Assembly (NCBI RefSeq): GCF_036321535.1
Contig: NC_087436.1
Coordinates: forward strand, 90,708,001-90,772,000
Source of the DNA: Camelus dromedarius
Taxonomy: Eukaryota
DNA length: 64,000 nucleotides
Direction: 5' to 3'
Shown here: positions 25,747-37,480 of the stretch, one piece after another
Layout of the letters: each line of letters opens with the position of its first letter
Numbering within the stretch: the first letter of the stretch is position 1
Position numbers and translations under genes: made by a program
Notes under the pieces: generated by a model
The model's database searches: none
What the model was told of the DNA's origin: nothing
The model's input: only the letters and a program-made list of their open reading frames with translations

Positions 25747-27313
25747 AATTAGAAGATAGGAACTGTGTTGATTTACACAGCTATACAGAAATAATTCAAT
25801 GTAGAGAATCTTGGTAATTGGTATAGGGTGAGACACAGACTCTTATTTGAGCAAAGTGTAGCTTCAGAGGGAGCTAATGTTAGCAAAAAGTTTTAAAATG
25901 AATAAATAGATCTTATGGTCAAACTTATTGTAGGAGGTTTAGGAAATAGAACTGATGTGTGATCAAGAAGTTAACATGGTATCAGCTGTGTATGACAGTG
26001 AGTCAAATAAAATAGGAACAGCAGGAATGCACTGTGTCTGTCGCAGTCACAGTCGGAGGTTTACGACATACAACTTGCTGATGTGTAATGAGTCAATCTC
26101 ACTACTACGCCTGACTCAGCACACACCACAGACCATACTCTGCCAGTGTTGAATTTAAATGCATATCCTAGTTTTCATATCAGTTTTGTGACACAAAAGC
26201 TATCTATACTAGCCAATTTATTAAGCGTGTATTTTAAAATTCATGAATGCTGTTACCTTGATGATCACACGTAGATCCAGTGGTGATAACACCATTTTGT
26301 CAGCCACAACAATACCTCAAAGTACAAACAGGAACACTTAGAAATAGCATGACTTTAAATCAATTAAAAAAAAAATCTAAAGATTACAAATACCTAATCA
26401 TCTTCCATGCAAAGTTCATTCCTCAGAAGGGCAAATTAGAAACCCACTATCTGGAACAGCCATTCCCTGTGCCTAGAAAAATGCACAAGTAGGATTTCTG
26501 TTGCTCAACATGGCCTAATTAGAGGAGGTCAGACTAGGTCACTTTTTTGGCAATGGACAAGAAAACCAGGACGGTAGCTATCGTTTTCTCACTTAGATTG
26601 ATCAGCCATTTCAATATAGGTGGGTTTTTCTCCCTCCTGGGCCCATATTGGGCCTGGAGGGCTTGATAAACAGTCTTTCCCCTGTCAGAGTTTTAAACCA
26701 AGTGAGAGACAAATATTCAGGCAGATGGAGGTCAAAATGACAGCTCCATTTTTTTTTTTTTTTAAAGAACTACAGGGTCTTTTTGCAGTAACAACAGCTT
26801 TTCTATTACTGAGACAAACATACCTTCCACGTCACAAGCAGACATTCGCGTGTCTCCCCGACCCCACCTCCAGTCCCCATAAATGGACAAGACTTTTCTT
26901 AAAATGGTGATGAAAGGAATCACTGTATTACTACATCTATAAGTAATTCCTGATAGTAACACACTTTCTGAGGTGAAAGTATCTAAGATAAAAACAGAAA
27001 ATATATGTGATCCAAGTAAATATTAGGTGATATTTCATACGTGCAACATGACTCCTGCTTCTTCAGCAAGCCTGGTGAACACAGGCCCACCTCCGAGTGG
27101 CTGATTTTTATTGCAAGCACTAAACAGTGAAAGTTCCCCATTCTTGATCTGGTATGAGGTTTCAAAGTATCACACAAATCCAAGTGAGGTCAGGCTTTTC
27201 ACACTGAGGCATCAAATTTAAAGTTAGCAGACAATAATGAATATGCCTGTCAGACCAACTGTTTATCTCAGAAGCTTTAAAGTTACAGAGAGTCAGAATT
27301 TATAAAAACAGCC

Positions 27314-27742
27314 CTGTCTTAGCCGGCTTGGGCTGCAGTGACAAAATTCCAGACGAGGTGGCTTAAACAACAGAAAAGTATTCTCATGTATCTGGAGGCT
27401 GGAAGCCCAACATCAGGGTGACAGCATGGTTGGGTTGTGGTGAGAGCTCTCTTGCTGGCTTGCAGATGGCCACCTTCTCCCTCTGTCCTCATGGCAGGCA
27501 GGAGGGCTGATGAAAGGAGCAGGGGTAGGTGGAGAGAGAGAAAGAGGGGAAGAGAGCAGACAGACAGGTGCTGTTTCTATAAAGGCACTAATCTCATTAT
27601 GAGAGCCTGACCCTCATGACCTCATCTAAACCTAATTTATTTCCAAAGGCCCCATCTCCAAATGCCACCATACAAATCATCACATTAGGGGTTAGGGCTT
27701 AAATACACAGATTCTGGAGTTGACACAATTTGGGCTACGGCA
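27314..27742 (-). mobile_element. MaLR solo LTR (MLT1A-like), reverse
   Basis: tgtcttagccggcttgggctgcagtgacaaaa...ggtggcttaaacaacagaa...tctggaggctggaag...caaaggccccatctccaaat. Confidence 0.9.
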
Positions 27743-28469
27743 AGCCCTAAGTAGGAAAAAAAAAAAATCCATCTCCTAACTATTACTTCTTGGTACTTTT
27801 TACAACAAATGTCAGAAATGTCAAGGGCGGACCCATGGCCCAGTATAATTTATGAGGAGTGACACTAAAGATCATGGTTTAGAAGTACATAACCCTCCTT
27901 CCTGACATCGATCTTAAAATGTTAGTGCATCTTTCCCAAATACAGTGATTTCTCTTAAGAACTCATAACAGTTCTATTTCCAACTGAAACTCCTGGGTTC
28001 CAGACACACACCAAGTTGCCTACCTGCCATCTCTAGTTGAGGCACAGTAGACATCTCACACTTCACAGACCCAAAACAGAGCTCTTAACCTCCATTATTC
28101 TCCCCACTTCTCCTCCCACCATCTTCCCCATCTCATTTAGCGTACTCCATCCTTCTCTTTAAGCCCCCATACCTTGTTTTCATCTTTAACTCCCCTGATT
28201 CTTTCATAATGCACACTGTATGAACAAACCTTGTTGACACAAGCCTCAGAATCAACTTGGAGGATGTCCCTGTCTCTCCACCATCACTGCCACCCTGATT
28301 CAAACCACCTTCATCTCTTCACTAGCCCGTTCAGTTTACTGCTGGAGCCTCCAAACTGATCTCCCTGCTTCTGGGCTGCCCCACCTGCTTCCAGCCTCAT
28401 CTCTGCAGCCAGATTGAACCATTCTTCTCCCTCAAACCATCTGATGGTTTAAGTCTCCACCTCACTCAG

Positions 28470-28940
28470 TGTATTAGTTTCCTTGGGCTTCTGTAACAAA
28501 TTACCACATCCTGGGTGGCTTAATACAATGGGAAATTTCTCTGTCACAGTTTTAGAGGCTAGACGTCTGAAATTAAGGAATCAGCAGAGCCATCCTCTCT
28601 GAAGGCTCAAGGGAGAATTATTCCTTGTTTCTTCCTAGTTTCTTCCTAGTGGTTGGCAGCAATCATTAGTGTTCCTTGACTTGTAGCTGCATCACTGCTA
28701 TCTCTGCCTCCATCCTCTCATGGCCTTCTCTACTGTGTGTCTCTGTCCAAATTTCCTCTTCTTATAAGGACATTAGTTATTGTAGTAATGCCCCCTTCCC
28801 TGCCACAATGTGTGATGACCTTAGCTTAAACTGATGATATCTGCAAAGATCCTATTTTCAAATAAGGTCATATACCCTGGGAGGTAGCATTTGAGCATAT
28901 CTTTTTTTTTTTGTAGAAGGTCACAGTTCAATCCACAACA
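28470..28940 (-). mobile_element. MaLR solo LTR (MLT1C-like), reverse
   Basis: tgtattagtttccttgggcttctgtaacaaattaccaca...atctgcaaagatcctattttcaaataaggtcat...ttcaatccacaaca. Confidence 0.9.
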
Positions 28941-29009
28941 TTCAAAGTAAATCCAAATCTTCACAATGCTACACGTGTCCCGGTTGTTTTTTTTTGTTGT
29001 TGTTGTTTT

Positions 29010-29167
29010 GTTTTTTGCTGTTCAAAGTGTGATCTACGGACCAGAAGCAACAGCATCCCGAGGGAGCCTGCACAAAATGGAAGGTCTCTGGACTTCCTAA
29101 GTCAGAGTCTTCGTTTATTGTGACACACAGGTGGCTCACATGCAAATTAACATTTGAGAAGCACTGC
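29010..29167. mobile_element. MER5-family MITE
   Basis: ttcaaagtgtgatctacggaccagaagcaacagcatc...acatttgagaagcactg. Confidence 0.8.
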
Positions 29168-30809
29168 CCCTGAAAATGATCCACCTACTTTTCTGCTCTC
29201 TTTAAAAACTACTAACCCCCACATCTGTCCATAACCCTGTTTCAGTCATACTGACCTTTACATAGATCCTGAAACATCTGGAAAACCCCTCCCCCAGATG
29301 TTTGCATAGATGATTCCTTTACCTGCTTTGGATCTTCATGCAAATATCACCTCAAGGCAATTTTTCCTAGATCTTTTAATTTTAAGTGAAAAGTCCCTAT
29401 CAACTCCATCCAACTTCCTTGCATTATTTTTTACCACAGAGCTTCCCATCATCTAAGCTGATAAGTATTTTACTTATTAACTTTGCTTATTGTTTTCTCG
29501 ATCAACTGGACTATAAGCTCCTCAAGCACAACGCTTCGAGTCTGAATTTTGGGCTCCTGGAATGATACGGGACATTCAATAGAGGCCACACAATAAACAC
29601 GTGTCAAGTCAGTCTATAGGTTCATTCATTTATTTGCCCACATATATTATGTAACTCTTGTTATTTGAAATCTACTGTATTATATGGTTCATGTAATGCT
29701 TTTTTAACAAGATATATAAGACCCATATAGGTCTATGATTTAGGAGGAAAAAATTATAACTTACCCAAACATTTGTGAACCAATTTGTTCTTGTATCACT
29801 ACCTTTCACAGTAAACCACACCTTAGCCCTAGTATATACTGTGAGGATAGATGAAGCTTTCATGCACCCTTAATTTATGCTTTTTGAGCTTTTCAGCATG
29901 TTCCCTTGTTCTATGACACAGAGACATGGTCACCAAGTACATGCACACCATATTATACTTTCTTGCATTTTGTCCTTTTTCATTGTATTTTCTTTCCATT
30001 TTCTTCTTTTCAAAAGGAAGATCCCCAACTTCCTCAGTTGGTCCTAATATAACAGGCCTTCAGGAAACTTGCTTCTTTCTACAATCATGTTCTTTTAACT
30101 AGAATCTCACATATAAAGTGATCAAAGCACAGCAAAGAGGGAAGAATGCTGACACCTTCCCCCTCCACTCTCCACTTACTTGAAATAGGCTCAGCCTGTG
30201 TCAGGCTTTTGTCATTTTTGCTTTTTCATCTGGGAAAGAAAATGCAGTGTCCACCTTCAGGAAATGTACAACCAGGTATGACTTCAGGGAAGAGAATATC
30301 TTAGTTTTAATTTTGACTATTTTACCCTCAGACTATTTGGAAAGGCCCAAATGCTGAATGTTTGGACTGCAAGCAGTATAATTGGAAAAAAAATAATAGA
30401 TGTACATTAGTTAACAATTGCTTACTGAAGAAATATTTAAATCAAGTATTATTCAATATATAATTAAGAAAAAGCAACTGAGGCTATAAACTTTAGGCCC
30501 CAGCAACTACTGATTAGATACAAGGAAAAAACTCAATGAGAATGAATTCTCTTTTGGTGATGTAGCAACTTGTGAGGTTATTGGTTTGAAAGGACCCAAA
30601 GTAGGAGCTAAACTATTTAAGAGCACTGAGACCTTTTCAAAGGATAGAGAACATCCTCCTATTCAGATGATGAGATACAGCCACCCACTTTGGCTCCCTG
30701 TTTTTGAACAAGCTTCCACCTGAGACCTTAAAAACCAATGACACAGAAAGAAGTAGGAAACTCAATGTTTAAGCATCAACTTTATGCTGTACAAAGTATT
30801 GGTCTGTAT

Positions 30810-30950
30810 ATAGCACTTATATATATTATACAGTTTAAGCATGGTAACCATACTATCCTATAGGAATTATAATATTATCCCAATGTTACAGATGAGGAAA
30901 CCAAAGCCTAGACAAGTTGAATGATAATATGCTGAAATTTGTACAACAAT
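30810..30950 (-). mobile_element. MIR, reverse
   Basis: attatcccaatgttacagatgaggaaaccaaagc is the reverse MIR core. Confidence 0.75.
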
Positions 30951-30999
30951 GGGGAAAGCAGCAGTTCTTTTTGAATCTTTTTATTTATTCTTCTTTTAA

Positions 31000-31400
31000 T
31001 ACTTTTTATTTTAAAATAATTTCTCACTAGAAGTTACAAAAATAGTAAAGAGAATTATGATTTTATCCTCACCCAACGTCCCTCAATGATTATATCTTAC
31101 CTACATAACCACAGTGCACTGTCAAAACCAGGAAGTTGACACTGGTGTAATACCATTAACTCAGGTTCAGATTCTATACAGATGTCAAAGGTTTCTACAC
31201 TCAGTCTTGTGTGTGTATGTATTATGCATATATTTATATGAGGGGAAAATTTCTGTAACCATCATCACAATCAGGATACAGAACTGCTCTATTACTGCAA
31301 AGTCGATACCACATTTTTCTCATACTAATGCCTTAAATAATCAACCCTAATCTTTGGCAACCACTGATCTGTTCTCCATCACTCAAATTCTGTTATATAA
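31000..31400 (-). mobile_element. L1MC-like 3' end, reverse
   Basis: agaagttacaaaaatagtaaagaga...acataaccacagtgcactgtcaaaaccaggaagttgacactgg...ggcaaccactgatctgttctccatc. Confidence 0.8.
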
Positions 31401-32484
31401 TTCAAGCCTTTTTGAAACCAAAGCCTGTCAGATTGTTAAATGAATGGTAATTTCTTTTAAGTATTATTTGCATTTTTCATAAATGGTATATACCACAGCA
31501 CATATTCAAATACATGCAGAAGTGAACTAAAGATTGAACAGGGATTTATATTCACAAAAAAGAAAAATATTATACACTTTCATCACTACATCCATACTTA
31601 TAGTTCTGTTCCAAAAACTAGTTATGGCTTTTTCTTTTATTTATATCTATTTGAATTATAATCATTACTAAATAAGACTATGTTTAAAACTTTATACATA
31701 TGCCTGAATTTTACATTTTGCTTCATAAATTTAAATGGTGTTAAAAAAGGTATTTTTACATTTAAACACATCTAACTGAAGGAAAAGCTATAAAAAAAGT
31801 GATCTCATAAATGAAATATAATCTTGGAGACTTCTATTTTTCCATTTGAATAGTACCACCATTAGTTTTTAATAATTATGTAAATTCCATGTTAATAGCA
31901 TGATTTCTCAAGAGGCAATAAACAGTAGAGAACAGGTCTAAGAAAATTTTTAATGATTCAAAGTGATTTTCTCATCCTCTTTTCTTGTCCAACTCCAGGT
32001 ACTCCTTACCACTCCCACTCTGTGATCTACTTCTCTGTAACACAACATCCCAGCTGTCCACAGAGTCAGGGTATCCTCTACCAGCCCATTCCTCGAGATG
32101 TCAATAGACTTTGCCTTAGCTGGACTTTCTCAGGGCCTGCCTTCCTGTGAAATTTGCAAGTCCTATGGACTATTCTCATAGGTCCTTGAAGGGCAATGCA
32201 TAATATATTTCCTGTTAATTATCTGATGTGGTCACTAAATTAATATTTTATCATATCAGATAAAATATCCTTAGATCTAATAGTACAAGGATTTCCAATT
32301 ATGTTGCTTCTTTAAATTCTGGGGCTAGCTTGAGGACTGTGTCACAGCAATGAAAATCCTAGGGACAGAAAATGGTATTTGTTCACAATTTTGATTGGAC
32401 TGTCACTAAGACCACACTGCCACTCATCATTGCAGAGTGTTTTTCAGATAACAAAATAAATGCATTATTAAAACGGAAACTTGC

Positions 32485-32625
32485 TATAACCCCATGTGAC
32501 AGGCAGGGCTGATATTATTATTCATAGTTTACAGATGAAGCAGTTAGGTTCAGTAGTATTAAAAGATTTGTCTCAGGTCACTGATTTACTAAATGGCAGA
32601 CTAAGATCAGAACCAAGTTTTATAC
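32485..32625 (-). mobile_element. MIR, reverse
   Basis: attattattcatagtttacagatgaagcagttagg...gatttgtctcaggtcac. Confidence 0.7.
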
Positions 32626-32872
32626 TCATCTAGGACTAAAAAGGGCTGAACCAAATAAATTATAAAATTTTCTTACAGCCCCAGTAACCGCAATTGACCA
32701 TCCAATGATTTCTATAATAACAATCTGATAAGACAAGGTGGTCGTGACAAAACCAACAGTCTATGGATTAGATTTGGCTAATACTTGAAGTTTTTTTTTG
32801 GCTCTTTTACTGCTTTGCTATTTTAAGTTGTGTTTCATCCTAAAAGAAGACACATTGATTCCTGTATTTTTT

Positions 32873-33538
32873 GTGTGTGTGATTTTCTTTCTTTTCTTTT
32901 TTTATTGGAGTATAGTCATTTTACAATGTTGTGTCAATTTCTGGTGTACAGCACAGTGATAATATATATACATATATATATATACATTTTTTTTTCTTTT
33001 TCATTATAGGTTACTGTAAGATATTGAATACAGTTTCCTGTGCTATACAGAAGAAATTTGTTGTTTATCTATTTTATATGCAGTAGTTAGTATATGCTAA
33101 TTTTGAACTCCCAATTTATCCCTTCCCACTCCTTTTCCCCCACTGGTAACCATAAGTTTGTTTTCTATATCTTTGAGTCTACTTCCATTTTGTAAATAAG
33201 TTTGCATCTTTTTTTTTTAAGATTTTACATATGAGTGATAACATATGATATTTTTCTTTGTCTGACTTACTTCACTTAGAATAATGATCTACAGGTCCAT
33301 CCATGTTGCTGCAAATGGCATTATTTTATTGATTTTTATGGCTAAGTAGTATTCCATTGTTTAAATATACCACAACCTCTTTATCCAATCATCTGTCAAT
33401 GGACATTTAGGTTGTTTTCTAAATGTCTTGGCTACTGTAAGTAGTGCTGCTATGAACATTGGGGTGCATGTATCTTTTCAAATTAGAGTTCCCTCCAGAT
33501 GTATGCCCAGGAGTGGGATTGCTGAATCATATGGTAAG
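32873..33538 (-). mobile_element. 5'-truncated younger L1 3' end, reverse, with 18-bp TSD (1 mismatch)
   Basis: Reverse-complement similar to 4390-5050. TSD ttgattcctgtatttttt (32855-32872) / ttgattcatgtatttttt (33539-33556). Confidence 0.95.
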
Positions 33539-33625
33539 TTGATTCATGTATTTTTTTTCCTTTATATGCTCATTAAATGAAATACAGCAACTTCTCCCAT
33601 GGTATTAACTAAAGAAACACCATTT

Positions 33626-33764
33626 TTTTTTATTTGGTTGGTTGGCTTTTTGGGGGGGGTTATTAGGTTTGTTTGTTTATTTATTTATTTTAATGGAGGT
33701 ACTGTGGGGATTGAACCCAGGACCTCGTGCTTTTGCACTCTAACACTGAGCTATACCCTGACCC
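33626..33764 (-). mobile_element. Vic-1-type camelid tRNA-derived SINE with TSD
   Basis: Reverse strand reads gggtcagggtatagctcagtgttagagtgc...gcacgaggtcctgggttcaatcccc..agtacctccattaaaataaataaataaac (A box, B box, AT-rich tail). TSD aagaaacaccattt (33612-33625) / aagaaacatcattt (33766-33779). Confidence 0.9.
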
Positions 33765-33799
33765 TAAGAAACATCATTTAATAGCTATATGTGTTACTA

Positions 33800-34940
33800 C
33801 AAAAACATCTTTTGAGTACTCACTTTTTGAAAAGTGATTTCTAGGCACTGAGATTACAAGAGTGAGTAAAACAGAGCAAAACAGAGTCCCTATTCTCAAG
33901 GGTTTTATCTTATAGTGGAAGGAGGTTATGTACAAACACAGAAATAATTTAAGAGAGTATTTGTGTAATACATCTGTCAGCAATAAGTACTAATAAAAGA
34001 AAGAAAGCCAAGTAAAAAGACAGAGTGGTAGGAGGTTGCCCATTTTAGATAGGGTGATTAGTGGAGGACTGAGGTGATGACATTTGAAGAAACCAGAACA
34101 CCATCAGATTGAACATGTACATTTTTGGAAGAAGATCTTTCAGGCTGAAGTAACAGCAAATAAAATGATTTTTAAGATAGGAATTAATGTGATGTGTTTG
34201 AGGAACAGAAAGAAGGTCAATAAAGCAAGACCACACTGAAGGACTGGAAGAAAGATAGAAAATGAGGTAAGAGAAACCACCCAGTTTCTCACGGAGCACT
34301 CGCTTGTGCTACGTGGGTCTTAGGATTTTACTTTAATGATGGGAATCCATTAGAAGACTTGGAGGTAATTGTCTTGGGGGACTGGGAGTAGGGACAGGTG
34401 TACTGTGATATGATTTAGACATTTTAAAGTTTTAAAGGGTCTCCCTGTTATTTCAGGAGAGAACTGTATTAGTCTGCTAGGGCTGCCAAAACAGGACACC
34501 AGAGAGCAGGTAGCCTAAAACATAGAAATTTATCTTTTCACAGTCTGGAGGCTAGAAATCCAAGATGAAGGTGCATGAAGGGTTGGTTTCTTCTGAGGGC
34601 TCTCTCCTTCTCTTGCAATGGCCATTTTCTCTTTGTGTCTTCACACTGTCTTATCTCTATACTTGCCCTGTCCAAATATCCTCTTCTTATGAGGATCAGG
34701 TTGGATTAGAGCCCACCTAAGTACCTCATCTTAACATAATTAACACTTTAAAGAGCCTATCTTTAAATGCAGTCACATTCTGAGGTACTGGAGGTTAAGA
34801 CTTCAATATATGAAAGTTTGGACAACACAATTCAGCCATAACAGGAATGAAAGGCAAGGATGTAAATAAGAGAGATCATTCAGAAGGTTATTGCATTAAC
34901 TAGAGGAAAAATGGTGCTACTTAGACTACAGCAGAGGTCA
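33800..34940 (-). mobile_element. L2 3' region, reverse, interrupted by MLT1B-like LTR
   Basis: ttctaggcactgagattacaagagtgagtaaaacag...gtccctattctcaagggttt; ggtgatgacatttgaa; gtgtttgaggaacagaaagaaggtca. Confidence 0.75.
34465..34843 (-). mobile_element. MaLR solo LTR (MLT1B-like), reverse
   Basis: tgtattagtctgctagggctgcc...cagtcacattctgaggtactggaggttaagacttcaatatatgaa...acacaattcagccataaca. Confidence 0.9.
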
Positions 34941-34984
34941 AGAGAATCTATCATTATATAAGTTACATAAAGAAAGGAATTAAG

Positions 34985-37306
34985 AATGGAGTTCCCAAGA
35001 TGGCAAAGTAGAAAGACCCTTAGCTCACCTTCTCTCATGGGCACACAAAAATTACAACTATTTCCAGAACAACTATTGATGAAAAAGACTGGAAACCACA
35101 AGAAAAAATAAAACCTTCTACAACCAAATATATAAAGAAGAAACCACAATGAGATGAGTAGGAGGAGGAGAGTCATGGAATAGTCAAGAGTCATGAACCA
35201 AGGTGGGCAACCCACAAATGGGAAAATAATTACAACTGCAGAGATTCTCCCCAAGGAGCAAGGGGGCTAAGCCTCACTTCAGTCTCCCCAGCCCAAGGGT
35301 CCTTCCCTGGGAAGACAAGCCCCCAGAATGGTTTTGAAGGCCAGTGGGACTTACTTTTAAGAGATCCAGAGGGCTGTGGGAAATAGAGACTCCACTCTTA
35401 AGAGGTCACACAGAAAATCTCACATGCCCCAGGACTCAGGGCAGACGCAGTAGTCTCAAAGCAGCCTGGGTCAGACCTAACTTCTGATCTTGGAGAGTCT
35501 CCCAGAGAGCCAGGAGGCAACTGGAGCTCACTCTCAGGACACAGACACTGGGGACAGCCATTTTGGGGAGCCCCTTCTACCACATGGACACGGGTGCTGG
35601 GAAGCACCATTTTGGAATCCTCCTGCTAGTTTATCAGCCTCAGGACCCAGCCTGCCCTTGGCTACCAGCCAGTATGGGGATGACTCAGGCCAAGCAACTA
35701 ACTGGGCAAGGACCCAGCCCCACCCACCAGTAGACAGGCCACCCTGAAGACTCCTGGAATCCACAGCCACCTCTGGACCTTGCCCTGCCCACCAGAGGGC
35801 CTAGTGCAGGCCCCACACAAGCGCACAGGCACTAGACCCAGTCCACCCTGGGCCCTGGAGCCAGTTCCACCCACTAATTGGCAAGTACCAGCCCCCAGAA
35901 TCTCCTAACTCCAGCCTCACCCACCAGTGAGCCTGCTCTAGCCTTGGGACAAGCCACATCCACCAACCACCCACAGCAGTCAGCTCCCCACAACAGAAGA
36001 ACCCACACTGCTCACATAGCGGGTGCTCTAGAGTATATGGCTCTCGTGACCCGAGGGGCATGCCCTGCAGGGGCACATAGGACGTCTCCTACAAAAGTCC
36101 ACTTTTCCAAGGTCGGGAAGTGTAACCAACATACCAGATGCATAGATATAAAAACAGAAAGTTAGGTAAAATAAGGCAACAGAGGAACATGTTCCAAAGA
36201 AAGAAACAAGATAAAAACCCCAGAAGAAGAACAAAGTGAAGCAGAGACAGGCAATCTACCTAAGAAAGAGTTCAAGGTGATGACTACAAGGACGATCAGA
36301 GAACTCAGAAGAAGTCATGAACAGAGAGAGAAGTTAGAATTTTTTAACAAAACTCTGGAAAATATAAAGAACGAAACAGAGATCAATAACTGAAATGAAA
36401 AACACACTAGAAAGGAAAAATAGGAGAAAAAATGATACAAAGGAGCAAATCAGTGAGCTGGAAGACAGACAGTGGAAATCACTGAAACTGAATAGAAAAA
36501 TGAAAGAAAGAAAAGGAAAGGAAGAAATGAGGACAGTTAGAGACCTTCAGGACAATACTCAGTGCACTAATACTCACATTATAGGGCTCACAGAGGAGAA
36601 GAAAGGGACAGAGAAAATATTTGAAGACGTAATAGCTGAAGACATCCCTAACCTGGGAAAAGAAACAGATACCAAATCCATGAAGCACAGAGAGTCCCAA
36701 AGGGGATCAACCCAAAGAGGACCACACTGTAGTTAAAATGCTAAAACTAAAGATAAATAGAGAATTTAAAAGCAGCAAGGGGAAAACACCAAGTTCCATA
36801 GACAGGAACTCCCGCAAGCTAAAAGCTCTCTTTTCAGCAGAACCTCTGCAGGCCACAAGGGAGTCTGTGTGCACATAAATGACATTTTACCATTTGCAAC
36901 ACTGTGGGTATTATGCTTAGTGAAAGAAGTCAGACAGAGAAAGAAAAATATTATATGTTATCACTTATATAAGGGAATCTGAAAAATAAAACAAATTACT
37001 GAATGTAACAAAAAAGAAATGGACTCTTAGATAGAGAACAAACTAGTGCTAAATAGGGGAGAGAGGAAAGGTAGGAGGGAAAAGATAGGGGGAGGCGATT
37101 AAGAGATACAAGCTACTATGCTAACTTACAAGTACATATTGGACAGCATAAGGAATATAGCTAGTATTTTACAATGACTAGTAATGAAGTATAATCTATA
37201 GAAATTTTGAATAACCCTTTTGTACACCAGAAACTAATATTGTAAATCATCTACTTCTCAATTTAAAAAAATTACACAGCAAATGAAAAAAAAAAAAAAA
37301 AAAAAA
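34985..37306 (+). mobile_element. Internally deleted L1: 5' UTR and partial ORF1 fused to ORF2 terminus/3' UTR and poly(A)
   Basis: Starts with ccaagatggc (L1 5' YY1-type start) and a C-rich 5' UTR. ORF1 remnant: track ORF 36395-36736 MKNTLE...EQISELEDR, and ttttcagcagaacctctgcaggcc = FSAEPLQA. Jumps at ~36865 to ccatttgcaac...agtgaaagaagtcagacagagaaag. Candidate TSD aaaggaattaag / aaagaaattaag. Confidence 0.9.
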
Positions 37307-37394
37307 GAAATTAAGGTGCTCACCAAGATTATCTCCTGAAATCCCCCTAACGTTTTAGATCTACTACTGTTTCCCTGTTGTCGACTGTAATTCA

Positions 37395-37480
37395 TGCTGA
37401 AGGTCACACAGCTAGAAATTTAGGAGCTAGAATTCAAATGTAGATGTGTCTGATTCCAGAGATTATATTCTATCCTCTCT
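37395..37480 (-). mobile_element. MIR fragment, reverse
   Basis: gctgaaggtcacacagctagaaat..ggagctagaattcaaa...gtctgattccagag. Confidence 0.7.

Larger units (their letters stand above)
27970..29600 (+). mobile_element. L2 fragment split by MLT1 and MER5 insertions
   Basis: ttccagacacacaccaagttgcctacctgccatctctagttg...ccaaaacagagctc before the inserts; caactggactataagctcctcaag after them. Confidence 0.7.

Noticed and set aside
26184..26198. Palindromic 15-mer TTTTGTGACACAAAA also found at 54684-54698
   Set aside because: About two or more repeated 15-mers are expected by chance in 64 kb (64000^2/2/4^15), more in AT-rich DNA, and the flanks are unrelated.
33690..33764. tRNA-like sequence with A and B boxes
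   Set aside because: It is the head of a Vic-1-type SINE with an AT-rich tail and TSD, and the cloverleaf is degraded. Not a tRNA gene.
36395..36736. 113-aa coiled-coil-like ORF
   Set aside because: Frameshifted L1 ORF1 remnant, not a host gene.
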